Made by a program: the position numbers and the translations under genes
The notes under the pieces: model-generated
What the model was told of the DNA's origin: nothing
Databases searched by the model: none
What the model saw: the letters and a program-made list of their open reading frames with translations, nothing else
Shown: positions 22,084 through 33,587 of the stretch, one piece after another
How positions within the stretch are numbered: the first letter of the stretch is position 1
Layout of the letters: each line of letters begins with the position of its first letter
Source of the DNA: an uncultured Solirubrobacteraceae bacterium
Lineage (GTDB): Bacteria > Actinomycetota > Thermoleophilia > Solirubrobacterales > Solirubrobacteraceae
NCBI GenBank assembly: GCA_964588985.1
Contig: CAZPQW010000004.1
Coordinates: 64,001-128,000, forward strand
DNA length: 64,000 bases
Reading direction: 5' to 3'

Positions 22084-24042
22084 ATGGCACTGCTGATCGC
22101 ATCAGACATGCACAAGGACATGGCCGGGCAGCCGCTGCTGCAGGGCGTGTCGTTCAAACTCGAGCGCCGCGAACGGATGACGATCGCGGGTCGCAACGGC
22201 GCGGGCAAGACGACGCTGCTGCGGATGCTCGCGGGGGAGACGTCGATCGACCGCGGCGAGTTGAGCGTGGCGAAGGGCGTGCGCATCGCGCTGCACGACC
22301 AGCGCCCGCCGCGCGAGCGCGGCATGCCGCTGCGCGACTACCTGCTCTCCGGCTGCGTGGAGGAGTTGGAGATCGAGGCGCAGCTGAGCGCGCTCGAGGC
22401 GAAGATGGCGGCGGGCGACGCCGACGAGGCGTTGCTCACGCGCTACGCCGGGGCGCAGGCGCGACTGGAGGCGCGCGGCGGCTACCTGTGGCGCAACCGA
22501 GCGACCGCGATGGCCCACGGGCTGGGGTTCCGCGACGCCGACCTCGACCGTCCGCTGGACACCTTCTCGGGAGGTCAGCTGACGCGAGCGTCGCTCGCCC
22601 GGGCGCTCTCCACGGGCGCGGACGTGCTGCTGCTGGACGAGCCCACGAACCATCTCGACATCGAGTCGCTGGAGTGGCTCGAGCAGACGCTCGTGGACCT
22701 CGACGCGGCGGTGGTGCTGGTGGCGCACGACCGCTGGTTCCTGGAGGCGGTGGGCACGGCGGTGCTCGAGCTCGAGGCGGGACGGTCGCGGTTCTTCGCC
22801 GGCACGTGGCATCAGTGGCGCCGCGAACAGGCGGCGCGCGAGATGGCGCTGGGCAAGGCGATCGACAAGCAGCAGGCGGAGATCGAGCGGATGGAGCGCT
22901 TCATCGAGCGCTTCCGCTACAAGGCGTCGAAGGCCAAACAGGCGCAGTCGCGCGTGAAGAAACTGTCGAAGATCGAGCGGATCGAGCGCGACCCGAAGGA
23001 CGGCAAGGGCCTGGAGTTCAACTTCGCCGCCCCCGAGCGCTCTGGCCGGGTGATCTTCGAGCTGCTCGACGGGCGCGTGGAGATCGGCGATCCGGCGGTC
23101 GTCCTGCTCGAGCACGCGGAGCTTTGGCTGGAGCGTGGCGAGCACGTCTCGCTGGTGGGGCCGAACGGCACAGGCAAGACGACGCTGATCGAGACGCTCG
23201 CGGGGCGCCGCGAGCTGGCGGCGGGCAGGCTGAGCACGGGCCACAACGTGCAGGTGGGCTACCTCTCCCAGCACGCGGACGAGCTCGGCGCGGGGGGCCT
23301 GGCGACGCAGAGCGTGCTAGACGCAGCGCAGCGCTCCACCGGTTTGACTCCGGGCAAGGCGCGCGCGCTCCTCGGCGGCTTCCTGTTCTCCGGCGAGGAC
23401 GCGGAGAAGCCGCTCGCGGGGCTGTCCGGAGGCGAGCGCCGACGCCTGTCGCTGGCGGTGCTCGTGCAGGGCGGCGCGAACGTACTGATCCTGGACGAGC
23501 CCACGAACCATCTCGACATCGAGAGCCGCGAGGCCTTGGAGGACGCACTGCGCTCGTTCACCGGCGCGCTGATCCTCGTGTCCCACGACCGTGCGCTGCT
23601 GGACGCGGTGGGCACGCGCACGATCGCGGTGGAGGATCGCTCGCTGCACAGCTACGTGGGCGGGTGGCCCGAGTATGTGCGCATTCGTGACGAGCGCAGG
23701 GCGCTCGGGCAAGGCGGTCCGGGCTCGGGGATGACGGGGGGCGCGCCGGTGCTGGCGAGTGCAAGCAATGGCTCCGGGCCGAGTGCCTCCAAAGACGACA
23801 CGAAGAAGGCGGCGCCGAAGGCCAAGCCCAAGGGACCCTCGAAGAACCGGCTGAGCGAGACGCAGAAGGCCGAGAAGGCTGTCGAGGCAGCGGAGGCCGC
23901 GCTCAGCGTGCTCGAAGCGGAGCTGACGGACCCGGCGGCGTGGGCGACGAGATACGAGGCCGCGAAGTCAGAGGCGCGCCACACGGCGGCCAAGCGCGCG
24001 GTCGACGAGGCCTACGCGCGCCTGGAGACGTTGATCGACTGA
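22084..24042 (+). CDS. ABC-F family ATPase
   Basis: Two NBDs (GRNGAGKTT/FSGGQ/LDEPTNHLD and GPNGTGKTT/LSGGE/LDEPTNHLD), no TM segments, coiled-coil tail. Confidence 0.92.
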   Translation: MALLIASDMHKDMAGQPLLQGVSFKLERRERMTIAGRNGAGKTTLLRMLAGETSIDRGELSVAKGVRIALHDQRPPRERGMPLRDYLLSGCVEELEIEAQLSALEAKMAAGDADEALLTRYAGAQARLEARGGYLWRNRATAMAHGLGFRDADLDRPLDTFSGGQLTRASLARALSTGADVLLLDEPTNHLDIESLEWLEQTLVDLDAAVVLVAHDRWFLEAVGTAVLELEAGRSRFFAGTWHQWRREQAAREMALGKAIDKQQAEIERMERFIERFRYKASKAKQAQSRVKKLSKIERIERDPKDGKGLEFNFAAPERSGRVIFELLDGRVEIGDPAVVLLEHAELWLERGEHVSLVGPNGTGKTTLIETLAGRRELAAGRLSTGHNVQVGYLSQHADELGAGGLATQSVLDAAQRSTGLTPGKARALLGGFLFSGEDAEKPLAGLSGGERRRLSLAVLVQGGANVLILDEPTNHLDIESREALEDALRSFTGALILVSHDRALLDAVGTRTIAVEDRSLHSYVGGWPEYVRIRDERRALGQGGPGSGMTGGAPVLASASNGSGPSASKDDTKKAAPKAKPKGPSKNRLSETQKAEKAVEAAEAALSVLEAELTDPAAWATRYEAAKSEARHTAAKRAVDEAYARLETLID

Positions 24043-24079
24043 GGCTCGGACGGGGCGTGACTGGGGCTAACCTGTCCCT

Positions 24080-24442
24080 GTGAGCGAACGCACGAAAATG
24101 GCCCGCAACATCGCGATCGTGCTGGTGATCGCGGCGGCGGTGTACTTCATCCCCGGCGGCGGCCGTGCGGCGGGGACGTTCGAAGCGGCGCTGTGGGTGG
24201 CGTTCAGCATCGGCCTCGGCTACTTCGCCCTGCGCCTGTACCGCGAATCCCGCGTGACGGTCCACGGCCTCGGCGATCGCCATCGCGGGATGCTCTACGG
24301 CGGCGTGGCGCTGGCGTTCTTCGCGTTCGCGGCTCGCAAGCACATGTTCGAAACGTCGTTCGGCGAGCTGGTGTGGTTCGTGATCGTGGGCTGCGTGATC
24401 TACGCGGGGATGGAGGTCTTTCGCCACTCCCGCACGTACTGA
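24080..24442 (+). CDS. Hypothetical 4-TM membrane protein
   Basis: Four hydrophobic segments; TAACCT 6 nt before GTG; 1 bp from uvrC. Confidence 0.7.
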   Translation: MSERTKMARNIAIVLVIAAAVYFIPGGGRAAGTFEAALWVAFSIGLGYFALRLYRESRVTVHGLGDRHRGMLYGGVALAFFAFAARKHMFETSFGELVWFVIVGCVIYAGMEVFRHSRTY

Positions 24443-24443
24443 C

Positions 24444-26300
24444 GTGAGCCTCGCAGAGCAGCGACGCGCGCTGCCGGATCAGCCGGGGGTGTACCTGTTC
24501 CGCGACGAGCGGGGACGGGTGATCTACGTGGGCAAGGCGAAGTCGGTGCGCAAGCGCGTGGCGTCGCACTTCTCCAAAGCACAGGTGCCGAGCAGTCCTG
24601 GGCATGCGGAGATGGTGGCCAGCGTGGCGAACATCGAGTGCGTGGTGGTGGCCACCGAGGCGGAGGCGCTGCTGGCGGAGCAGAGCTTCATCAAGCAGTA
24701 CCGGCCGCGCTTCAACATCCGCCTGCGCGACGACAAGTCCTACCCGTTCATCGCGATCTCGCTCGACGAGGACTACCCGCGGGTGTACTTCACGCGCGAG
24801 CGCCACCGCTCGGGCCGCGTGTACTTCGGCCCCTACTCGAACGCGAAACGGGTGCGCGCGACGCTCGAGGTGCTGGCGAAGGTGTTCATGTTCCGCTCGT
24901 GTACCGGTAAGGAGCCGGGCAGGCGCAGCGGCAGCCCGTGCCTGGACTACTACATCAAGCGCTGCGAGGCCCCGTGCGTGGGCTACGTCTCCAAGGAGGA
25001 GTACCGCAAGTCGATCGACGGCGTGATCGACTTCCTGTCGGGGCGTTTCTCGGCGATCGAGCGCGACCTGGAGGAGCGGATGCGCGCGGCGGCGGCGGAG
25101 GAGGAGTTCGAGCAGGCGACGCTCGAGCGCAACCGTCTGCAGGCGGTGCGATCGCTGCTGGAGCGTCGGCGCGTGACGAGCGAGACGATGGGCTCGTTCG
25201 ACGCGGTGGCCGTTGCGGTGGAGGGCCGCGAGGCGAACGCGCAGGTGTTCCAGGTGCGCGACGGCGTGCTGTCGGACCGCCAGTCCTTCTACCTGTCGAA
25301 CGAGACCGAGCGCGATCTGGCGGAGGTGGCGGAGGAGTTCATGCTGCAGTACTACGGCGGGCACATGTCGATCCCCGCGCTGCTCGTGGTGCAGCGCGAG
25401 CTGAGCGACAGCGAGGCGCTGCAGGAGGCGCTCGCGAGCCGTCGCGGCGGCCCGGTGGAGCTGCGCGCGGCCGAGCGCGGCGAGAAGCGCCGCATCCTCG
25501 AGCTGGCCGCCCGCAACGCGCACCTCGCGCTCGACCAGGAGAAGCTGCGCTCCGAGCGCCGCCGCCAGGGGCGGGTCGAGGCGCTCGAGGGGCTGCAGAC
25601 GGCGCTCGGGCTCGATGCGCCGCCGATCCGCATCGAGTGCTTCGACATCTCCAACCTCGGGGGCACGCACACGGTGGCGTCGATGGTGGTGTTCGAGGGC
25701 GGCGCGCCGAAGAAGGCCGACTACCGGCGCTTCACGATCCGCACGGTCGACGGCCCGGACGACTTCGCGTCGATGGCGGAGGTGCTCACGCGCCGCTTCG
25801 CGCAGTGGGAGCGCCAGGCGGACATCTCGCCGCACGACTCCGCTTACGACCAGAGCTTCGCGTCGCTGCCGAACGTGGTGGTGATCGACGGCGGCAAGGG
25901 CCAGTTGGCGGCGGGGCTCGGGCCGTTGCGCGGCTTTCGCGAGCGCGGCGTGGCGGTGGTGTCGCTGGCGAAGCGGATCGAGGAGGTGTTCATCCCGGGT
26001 CGCAAGGCGCCGCTCGTGCTGGACCACTCCACGCCGGAGCTGCAGCTGCTGCAGCGAGTGCGAGACGAGGCGCACCGTTTCGCGATCACCCATCACCGCA
26101 CGCGCCGCGACAAGGCGATGACGAGCTCGCTGCTGGACGAGCTGCCCGGCGTGGGCCCGGCGCGCAAGCGTGCCCTGCTTGCCCATTTCGGCTCGCCGGA
26201 GGCGATGGTGGCTGCGTCGAGCGAGGAGATGCAGGCGGTGCCGGGCGTGCCGGCGAAGGTCGCGCGCGACCTCTACGGGTTTCTCCACCGTGCCGGCTGA
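24444..26300 (+). CDS. uvrC: Excinuclease ABC subunit C
   Basis: GIY-YIG (PGVYLF..YVGKAK), DDKSYP, RIECFDISN, IDGGKGQL, RDEAHRFAI, HhH tail. Confidence 0.97.
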   Translation: MSLAEQRRALPDQPGVYLFRDERGRVIYVGKAKSVRKRVASHFSKAQVPSSPGHAEMVASVANIECVVVATEAEALLAEQSFIKQYRPRFNIRLRDDKSYPFIAISLDEDYPRVYFTRERHRSGRVYFGPYSNAKRVRATLEVLAKVFMFRSCTGKEPGRRSGSPCLDYYIKRCEAPCVGYVSKEEYRKSIDGVIDFLSGRFSAIERDLEERMRAAAAEEEFEQATLERNRLQAVRSLLERRRVTSETMGSFDAVAVAVEGREANAQVFQVRDGVLSDRQSFYLSNETERDLAEVAEEFMLQYYGGHMSIPALLVVQRELSDSEALQEALASRRGGPVELRAAERGEKRRILELAARNAHLALDQEKLRSERRRQGRVEALEGLQTALGLDAPPIRIECFDISNLGGTHTVASMVVFEGGAPKKADYRRFTIRTVDGPDDFASMAEVLTRRFAQWERQADISPHDSAYDQSFASLPNVVVIDGGKGQLAAGLGPLRGFRERGVAVVSLAKRIEEVFIPGRKAPLVLDHSTPELQLLQRVRDEAHRFAITHHRTRRDKAMTSSLLDELPGVGPARKRALLAHFGSPEAMVAASSEEMQAVPGVPAKVARDLYGFLHRAG

Positions 26301-26313
26301 CAGAATGGGCGCG

Positions 26314-27213
26314 ATGAGCCCGCTCGTCGAGTCGCGCCTGGAGGATCTCGTGATCATCACCGGCTTCTCGGGCGCGGGCAAGTCGACGGCGATGAACGTG
26401 TTCGAGGACGCGGGCTACTTCTGCGTGGATAACCTGCCGCCGGAGATGATCCGCTCGTTGGTGGAGCTGTTCGTGCACAAAGGCTCGAAGGTGGAGCGCG
26501 CGGCGGTCGTCTCAGACGTGCGCGGTGGCGTGTATTTCGAGGCGCTGCGCGCGGTGGTCGACGACCTCGACGCGCTCGGCCTGAGCCACCACGTGTTGTT
26601 CCTGGAGGCGGCCGAGCAGACGCTCGTGACCCGTTACAAGGAGACACGCCGCCGGCATCCGCTCGCGCCGGAGGGGAGCGTGGCGGCGGGCGTGGCGGCG
26701 GAGCGCGCGCTGCTCGAGCCGTTGCGCGGACGCGCGGATCTGGTGATCGACACGACGTCGATGTCCGCGGCGAGCCTGCGTGAGAAGATCGCCGCGGAAT
26801 TCCTGCCCCGCAACGCGATCGGCAAGCTGTCGGTGACGTTCATGAGCTTCGGCTTCAAGCACGGCCCGCCGCGCGAGGAGGATCTCGCGTTCGACGTGCG
26901 CTTCCTCGCCAACCCGCACTACGAGCCGGAGCTGCGCGAGCTGACGGGGCTGGACCGGCGCGTGGTGGAGTACATCGAACGCGACGGGCGCCTGGAGGAG
27001 TTCTACGAGCGCCTGCACGGGCTGCTGGATTTCCTGCTGCCGCAGTACGTGGCGGAGGGCAAGGCGCACCTGGTGATCGCGATCGGCTGCACGGGCGGCC
27101 GGCACCGCTCGGTGGCGATCGCCGAGCACCTCGCCGCGCGCTATCGCGACACCGAGGACCTGGACGTTGCGGTGGCGCATCGCGACATGGACAAGCGCTC
27201 GAAGCCCGCCTGA
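26314..27213 (+). CDS. rapZ: RNase adapter RapZ (YvcJ)
   Basis: ITGFSGAGKS, CVDNLP, SFGFKHG, DVRFLANP, GCTGGRHRSV; start revised. Confidence 0.95.
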   Translation: MSPLVESRLEDLVIITGFSGAGKSTAMNVFEDAGYFCVDNLPPEMIRSLVELFVHKGSKVERAAVVSDVRGGVYFEALRAVVDDLDALGLSHHVLFLEAAEQTLVTRYKETRRRHPLAPEGSVAAGVAAERALLEPLRGRADLVIDTTSMSAASLREKIAAEFLPRNAIGKLSVTFMSFGFKHGPPREEDLAFDVRFLANPHYEPELRELTGLDRRVVEYIERDGRLEEFYERLHGLLDFLLPQYVAEGKAHLVIAIGCTGGRHRSVAIAEHLAARYRDTEDLDVAVAHRDMDKRSKPA

Positions 27214-27365
27214 GCAGCCGCCGTCCGTAGAAACGCGCACGCGTGTCCGTATATGGACACCTGGCCCAGCGAGCGGTGCGCTGATAGCCTCCCCCGGCAC
27301 GCCGGGTGACGGAGTACGCGCTCCTGAGGCCCGGCATCGTTCATTTTTCGCTCAGGAGGCAATGA

Positions 27366-28385
<1,020 letters not shown>

Positions 28386-28387
28386 CG

Positions 28388-29626
28388 ATGAGAAGCATCG
28401 ATGAGCTGGACGTGCACGGCAAGCGCGTGCTCGTGAGGGTCGATTTCAACGTGCCGCTGGACACCGCCTCGAACGGCGATCCGGCCGCTGGCGGCGTTCC
28501 GCTGGTGAGCGACGACACGCGGATCGCGGCGGCGCTGGCGACGATCGAAGAGCTGCGCGCCCGTGGCGCGCGCCTGGTGCTGGTCTCCCATCTGGGCCGC
28601 CCGAAGGGCAAGCCGGTCCCGGAGCTGTCGCTGAAGCCGGTCGCGGATCGTCTGCGCGAGCTGACGGGAGCGAAGGTGACGTTGGCTCCGGCGGTGATAG
28701 GCGACGAGGTCACGGCGCTCGCCGAGGCGCTCGAGGATGGAGACATCCTGGTGCTGGAGAACGTGCGCTTCGAGCCGGGCGAGACGAGCAACGACCCCGA
28801 GTTCGCGCGGGCGCTGGCGGACCTCGCGGACCTGTACGTGGACGACGCGTTCGGGGTGGCGCACCGTGCGCACGCGAGCAACGAGGGCGTGACGCACCTG
28901 CTGCCGAGCGCGGCGGGACGGCTGTTGGAACGTGAGGTGAAGACGCTGACGGGCATCCTCGAGCACCCCGACCATCCGCTCGTGGCTATCGTGGGCGGCG
29001 CGAAGGTGGCGGACAAGATCGCGGTGATCGAGCGCTTCCTGGAGGTGGCTGACGTGGTGATCATCGGCGGCGCGATGTGCTTCCCGTTCCTGTGCGCGCA
29101 GGGCCACACGGTGGGGAAGTCGCTGTGCGGCGACGAGGACGTCGAGCACGCGCGTAGCGCTCTGCTGCGTGCGAGCGACACGCACGAGCCGCAGCCTGGC
29201 CGCGCTCGTCTGTTGGTTCCGAACGACCTAGTGATCGGCGACCGCCTGGCGGCGGATGCGACCCACCGCGTGCTCGACGGGGTGGAGGTGCCGGAGGGCT
29301 GGATGGGGCTGGACATCGGTCCGAAGACGGCGGAGCGCTACGCGAGCGTGATCGCGAGCGCGGGGACGGTGTTCTGGAACGGCCCGATGGGAGCGTTCGA
29401 GCTGGAGCCGTTCGCCGCGGGCACGCGCGCGGTGGCGGAGGCGGTGGCGCACGCGCCGGGCTTGACTGTCGTGGGCGGCGGTGACTCGGCGGCGGCGCTC
29501 GCGCAGTTCGGTCTGGAGCACGCGGTCGACCACCTCTCGACGGGCGGGGGAGCGACGCTCGAGCTGGTGGAGGGCAAGACCCTCCCGGGCGTGCAGGCGC
29601 TCGAGGGCGCCGGGGTGGTTTCTTGA
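28388..29626 (+). CDS. pgk: Phosphoglycerate kinase
   Basis: VLVRVDFNVPL, SHLGRP, LENVRF, GGAKVADK, WNGPMG, STGGGA. Confidence 0.97.
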   Translation: MRSIDELDVHGKRVLVRVDFNVPLDTASNGDPAAGGVPLVSDDTRIAAALATIEELRARGARLVLVSHLGRPKGKPVPELSLKPVADRLRELTGAKVTLAPAVIGDEVTALAEALEDGDILVLENVRFEPGETSNDPEFARALADLADLYVDDAFGVAHRAHASNEGVTHLLPSAAGRLLEREVKTLTGILEHPDHPLVAIVGGAKVADKIAVIERFLEVADVVIIGGAMCFPFLCAQGHTVGKSLCGDEDVEHARSALLRASDTHEPQPGRARLLVPNDLVIGDRLAADATHRVLDGVEVPEGWMGLDIGPKTAERYASVIASAGTVFWNGPMGAFELEPFAAGTRAVAEAVAHAPGLTVVGGGDSAAALAQFGLEHAVDHLSTGGGATLELVEGKTLPGVQALEGAGVVS

Positions 29627-30393
29627 TGGCGTCCACCGGGCGCACGCCGCTGATCGCGGGCAACTGGAAGATGTACAAGACGGAGGAGCAGGCGGAGGAG
29701 TACATCCAGGCGCTGCTCCCACGCGTCTCGGCGGTGGACGGGGTGGACGTGGCGATCTGCGTGCCGTTCACGGACCTGCGCGCGATGGTGGACAGCGCGC
29801 GCGGATCGCGCGTGGAGGTGTATGCGCAGAACATGCACCACGAGCCCGAGGGTGCGTTCACGGGCGAGATCTCGGCGGCGATGCTGAGCGAGCTGGACGT
29901 GCGCGGCGTGGTGCTGGGTCACTCCGAGCGGCGTGCGCTGTTCGGCGAGACCGACAAGGCGCTCGCGCTGAAGGTGCCGGCGGCGCTGGCGGCCGGCCTC
30001 GCGCCGATCCTGTGCGTGGGCGAGACGGAGGAGGAGCGCGACAACGACGACACCGACCGCAAGCTGCGCCAGCAGGTCCGCGACGATCTCGCGGGCGTGC
30101 CGAACGAGCGCCTGGCGGAGGTGACGATCGCGTACGAGCCGATCTGGGCGATCGGCACGGGCCGGGTGGCCACACCGGAGCAGGCACAGGAGGCGATCGC
30201 GTTCATCCGCGCGCTGGTGGCCGACCGCGACAAGCAGGCGGCGGAGAGCGTTAGGGTGCTGTACGGCGGCTCGGTGAAGCCGGAGAACGCGGCCGAGCTG
30301 CTCGCGCTCCCGGACGTGGACGGAGCGCTCGTGGGCGGCGCATCGCTCGATGCGGAGTCCTTCGCGGCGATCGTCGCCGCGGCCGCGCGATGA
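29626..30393 (+). CDS. tpiA: Triosephosphate isomerase
   Basis: AGNWKM, GHSERR, AYEPIWAIGTG, YGGSVK, LVGGASL. Confidence 0.98.
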   Translation: MASTGRTPLIAGNWKMYKTEEQAEEYIQALLPRVSAVDGVDVAICVPFTDLRAMVDSARGSRVEVYAQNMHHEPEGAFTGEISAAMLSELDVRGVVLGHSERRALFGETDKALALKVPAALAAGLAPILCVGETEEERDNDDTDRKLRQQVRDDLAGVPNERLAEVTIAYEPIWAIGTGRVATPEQAQEAIAFIRALVADRDKQAAESVRVLYGGSVKPENAAELLALPDVDGALVGGASLDAESFAAIVAAAAR

Positions 30394-31952
30394 CGCTGCC
30401 GCCGGGCCCCGGCGGCCTGCCGGCGAGCTGCGCGTGCTTGATAGTGCTGGACGGCTGGGGGCTCGCGGAGCCCGGTCCCGGTAACGCGGTCTCTCTGGCG
30501 CGCACGCCGGTGTTCGACGAGCTGTGGAGCTCCTACCCCCACACGACGCTGACGGCGTGGGGTCGCGCGGTGGGCTTGCCGGAGGGCCAGATGGGCAACA
30601 GCGAGGTCGGCCACCTGAACCTGGGGGCGGGCGCCGTCGTACGCCAGGACCTGATGCGGATCGACGACGCTGTGGCGGACGGATCGCTCGCGCAGAGCGA
30701 GGTCCTGCGGGCGGCGTTCGCCGACGCCAGGCGGGTGCACCTGATTGGCCTCGTGTCCGACGGTGGCGTGCACTCCTCGTTGGATCACGTGCGCGCGCTG
30801 GTCGCGCTCGGCGGCAAGCTGGCGGCGCAGGACGTGGTGGTGCACGCGTTCACCGACGGGCGAGACACGCTGCCGCACGCGGGCGTGGACTACCTGCGCG
30901 AGCTCGACTCCACTCCGGGCGTGCGCGTCGGCTCGGTGGTGGGTCGCTACTGGGCGATGGACCGCGACCGGCGCTGGGAGCGCGTGCAGCGTGCGTACGA
31001 CATGCTCGTCCACGCCCGCGCGCCGCATCGTGCGGACAGCGGCGAGGAGGCGGTGACGGCGGCGTATAAGCGCGGCGAGACGGACGAGTTCATCGAGCCG
31101 ACGCTCGTGGGCGAGGAGGGGCGGATCGAGCCGGGCGACAGCGTGATCGCGTTCAACTTCCGCCCCGACCGGATGCGCGAGATCACGCGCGCTCTCGCCG
31201 AGCCGGGGTTTGGCGAGAGCGGCTCAGAGGATCTGCCTGGCTGGGAGGGTCGCGGCGGCGCGCACGCGATCGGGCGCTACGCGACGCTGACGCGCTACGA
31301 GGAGGGCTGGCCGTATCCGGTGGTGTTCTCCCCGGAACACCCCGCGACGACGCTTTCGGTGGTGCTGGCGCAGGAGGGGGCGCGCCAGCTGCACGTGGCG
31401 GAGACGGAGAAGTACCCGCACGTGACGTACTTCTTCAACGGCGGCGACGAGGAGCCGTTGAGCGGCGAGCGCCGCGAGATGGTGCCCTCGCCGCGCGACG
31501 TGCCGACATACGACCACAAGCCGCAGATGAGCGCGCGCGAGGCGGCGGACGCGTTCGTGGGGGCGTGGAACGAGGATGGCCCGCGTTTTGGTGTGATCAA
31601 CTTCGCGAACGCGGACATGGTGGGCCACACGGGCGTGATCTCGGCGGCGGTGGAGGCGATCGAAACGGTGGACGCGTGCTTGGGCGAGGTGGTGGCGGCG
31701 GTGCACGAGCGCGGCGGGGTGTGCATGGTGACGGCCGACCACGGCAACGCGGACCATATGCTCGAGCCGGACGGCAGCCCGAACACGGCGCACTCGATGA
31801 ACCCCGTGCCGCTGATCGTGACGAGCCCGGGCCTCGAGCTGCGCGCGAGCGACGGTATCCTCGCCGACGTGGCGCCGACGGTTCTGGAGACACTGGGTAT
31901 CGAGCAGCCGGCGGCGATGACCGGCCGGTCGTTGATCGAGGGACGCGGATGA
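30390..31952 (+). CDS. gpmI: 2,3-BPG-independent phosphoglycerate mutase
   Basis: LDGWG, QMGNSEVGH, SDGGVHS, AMDRD, AETEKYPHVT, DMVGHTG, ADHGN. Confidence 0.97.
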   Translation: MTLPPGPGGLPASCACLIVLDGWGLAEPGPGNAVSLARTPVFDELWSSYPHTTLTAWGRAVGLPEGQMGNSEVGHLNLGAGAVVRQDLMRIDDAVADGSLAQSEVLRAAFADARRVHLIGLVSDGGVHSSLDHVRALVALGGKLAAQDVVVHAFTDGRDTLPHAGVDYLRELDSTPGVRVGSVVGRYWAMDRDRRWERVQRAYDMLVHARAPHRADSGEEAVTAAYKRGETDEFIEPTLVGEEGRIEPGDSVIAFNFRPDRMREITRALAEPGFGESGSEDLPGWEGRGGAHAIGRYATLTRYEEGWPYPVVFSPEHPATTLSVVLAQEGARQLHVAETEKYPHVTYFFNGGDEEPLSGERREMVPSPRDVPTYDHKPQMSAREAADAFVGAWNEDGPRFGVINFANADMVGHTGVISAAVEAIETVDACLGEVVAAVHERGGVCMVTADHGNADHMLEPDGSPNTAHSMNPVPLIVTSPGLELRASDGILADVAPTVLETLGIEQPAAMTGRSLIEGRG

Positions 31953-32302
31953 GATCGCGCAGAGCGCTGGCCGCGTTCTTCCTCGGCGCGGGCGTGAACC
32001 ACTTCGCGATGCCGCGGCCGTATGAACAGATCGTGCCGCCGGCGTTGAAGGGGAACGCGAAGCTGCTGGTGCAGCTGAGCGGCGTGGCGGAGGTGGCGGG
32101 CGGCCTGGGCGTGCTGTTGCCGCGCACGCGGCGCCTGTCGGGGCTCGGCCTTGTGGCGCTGTTGGCGGCTGTGTTTCCGTCCAACCTGCACATGGCGCGC
32201 GAGCCGGAGAGCTTCGAGCGAATCCCGCGCTGGGCCCTGTATGCGCGGCTGCCGCTGCAGCCTCTGATGATGCTGTGGGCTTGGCGGGCGACACGCAGCT
32301 GA
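31949..32302 (+). CDS. DoxX-like membrane protein
   Basis: GAGVNHF..IVPP..SGVAE..AVFPSN..RLPLQ pattern; ATGA overlap with gpmI. Confidence 0.8.
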   Translation: MRSRRALAAFFLGAGVNHFAMPRPYEQIVPPALKGNAKLLVQLSGVAEVAGGLGVLLPRTRRLSGLGLVALLAAVFPSNLHMAREPESFERIPRWALYARLPLQPLMMLWAWRATRS

Positions 32303-32373
32303 CTGCGTTTTCCCGCCGAAACGGTCGCTTCGCTGCTATGTTCGGCTGAGCAGCACGTTACGTCTGGACCGCC

Positions 32374-32862
32374 ATGTCAACCGTGACCGCCGTCAAGATC
32401 GCCACCCCAGAGCACGAGGCTCCCTCCGTAGGTGAGCTACGCGCGTGGCGCGGACTGCTCAGAGCCCACGCCTGTCTGGCGAAGCGCTTGGACGCGGAGC
32501 TGGAGGCGGCTCACAGGCTGCCGATGAGCTCCTACGAGGTGCTCAGCCACCTCGAGGACCAGCCCGGTGGACGCATGCGCATGTGCGAGCTTGCCGAACA
32601 GGCGCAGCTCTCGCGCAGCGGGCTGACGCGCCTGGTCGATCGTCTCGAGCGCGAGGGGCTGCTGGAGCGTTGCTCGTGCAGCCACGACGCGCGTGGCGCA
32701 TACGCGTGCCTGACGGAGATCGGGCGCGAACGCGTGGAAGAGGCGCGCGTGACTCACCTGGCGGTCGTGCGCGAGCACTTCCTGTCGCGCTTCTCCGAAA
32801 GCGAGCTGAGCGTGTTGGCTGACATGTGGGAGCGGATCGCTCCCTGCGGCGCCTCCCTCTGA
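32374..32862 (+). CDS. MarR-family regulator
   Basis: RMRMCELAEQAQLSRSGLTRLVDRLEREGLLER..DARG..LTEIG. Confidence 0.9.
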   Translation: MSTVTAVKIATPEHEAPSVGELRAWRGLLRAHACLAKRLDAELEAAHRLPMSSYEVLSHLEDQPGGRMRMCELAEQAQLSRSGLTRLVDRLEREGLLERCSCSHDARGAYACLTEIGRERVEEARVTHLAVVREHFLSRFSESELSVLADMWERIAPCGASL

Positions 32863-32870
32863 GCTGAGGC

Positions 32871-33506
32871 TCAGTCAGTCGGCCCGGGCTCCTCGCGGGC
32901 GTGCGGGCGGTGGCGCTGGTGGCGGCGGTGCGCGATGAGGCCGCTCGCGACGGCGATGGCGAGCGCGGCGAGCCCGTAGAGGCCAAACGCCTGGATGGCG
33001 TTTCCGGCTGAGTGGCCGAGGAAGTAGGCGATCAGGCCGATGCCGATGGCCCAGACGATTCCCCCGAGCGCGTTCCACACGACGAACGAGCGCCAGTGCA
33101 TGTGCGTGGCGCCCGCGAGCCACGAGGCCCACACGCGCAGGCCGAGGATGAAGCGGCCGAAGAACACGGCCTTGGGGCCGTGGCGTTCGAAGAACGGCTG
33201 CCCGGTGGCGAGCACCTGTAGGCGCTGGTAGTGAAAGCGCCCCGGGCGTTCGAGCAGCCAGCGCCCGCCCTTGCGTCCGATCGCGTAGCCGATGTTGTCG
33301 CCCACGATCGCGGCGGCGGCGGCGATCGCGATGACGACCTCGATTTTGAGCTTGCCCTGGCTGGCGAGCACGGCGGCGGCGATCAGCCCCGTCTCGCCGG
33401 GTATGGGCATGCCGCTGGACTCGCCCATGACGACGACGAACAGCAGCGGGTAGCCGGAAACCTGGATGAGGTGTTCGACATCGAGCAGGGCGGCAAAGAC
33501 GAGCAT
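32871..33506 (-). CDS. DedA family membrane protein
   Basis: GESSGMPIPGE, GDNIGYAIGR, FERHG..VFFGRFI. Confidence 0.9.
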   Translation of the reverse strand: MLVFAALLDVEHLIQVSGYPLLFVVVMGESSGMPIPGETGLIAAAVLASQGKLKIEVVIAIAAAAAIVGDNIGYAIGRKGGRWLLERPGRFHYQRLQVLATGQPFFERHGPKAVFFGRFILGLRVWASWLAGATHMHWRSFVVWNALGGIVWAIGIGLIAYFLGHSAGNAIQAFGLYGLAALAIAVASGLIAHRRHQRHRPHAREEPGPTD

Positions 33507-33587
33507 TGGCACCCTAGGATGGCGCAGTCCGAGCACGCTGCCCGAACTCGCGGCTCGCGCCCCGATCGCGCGCCCCTCGCGCGTCGG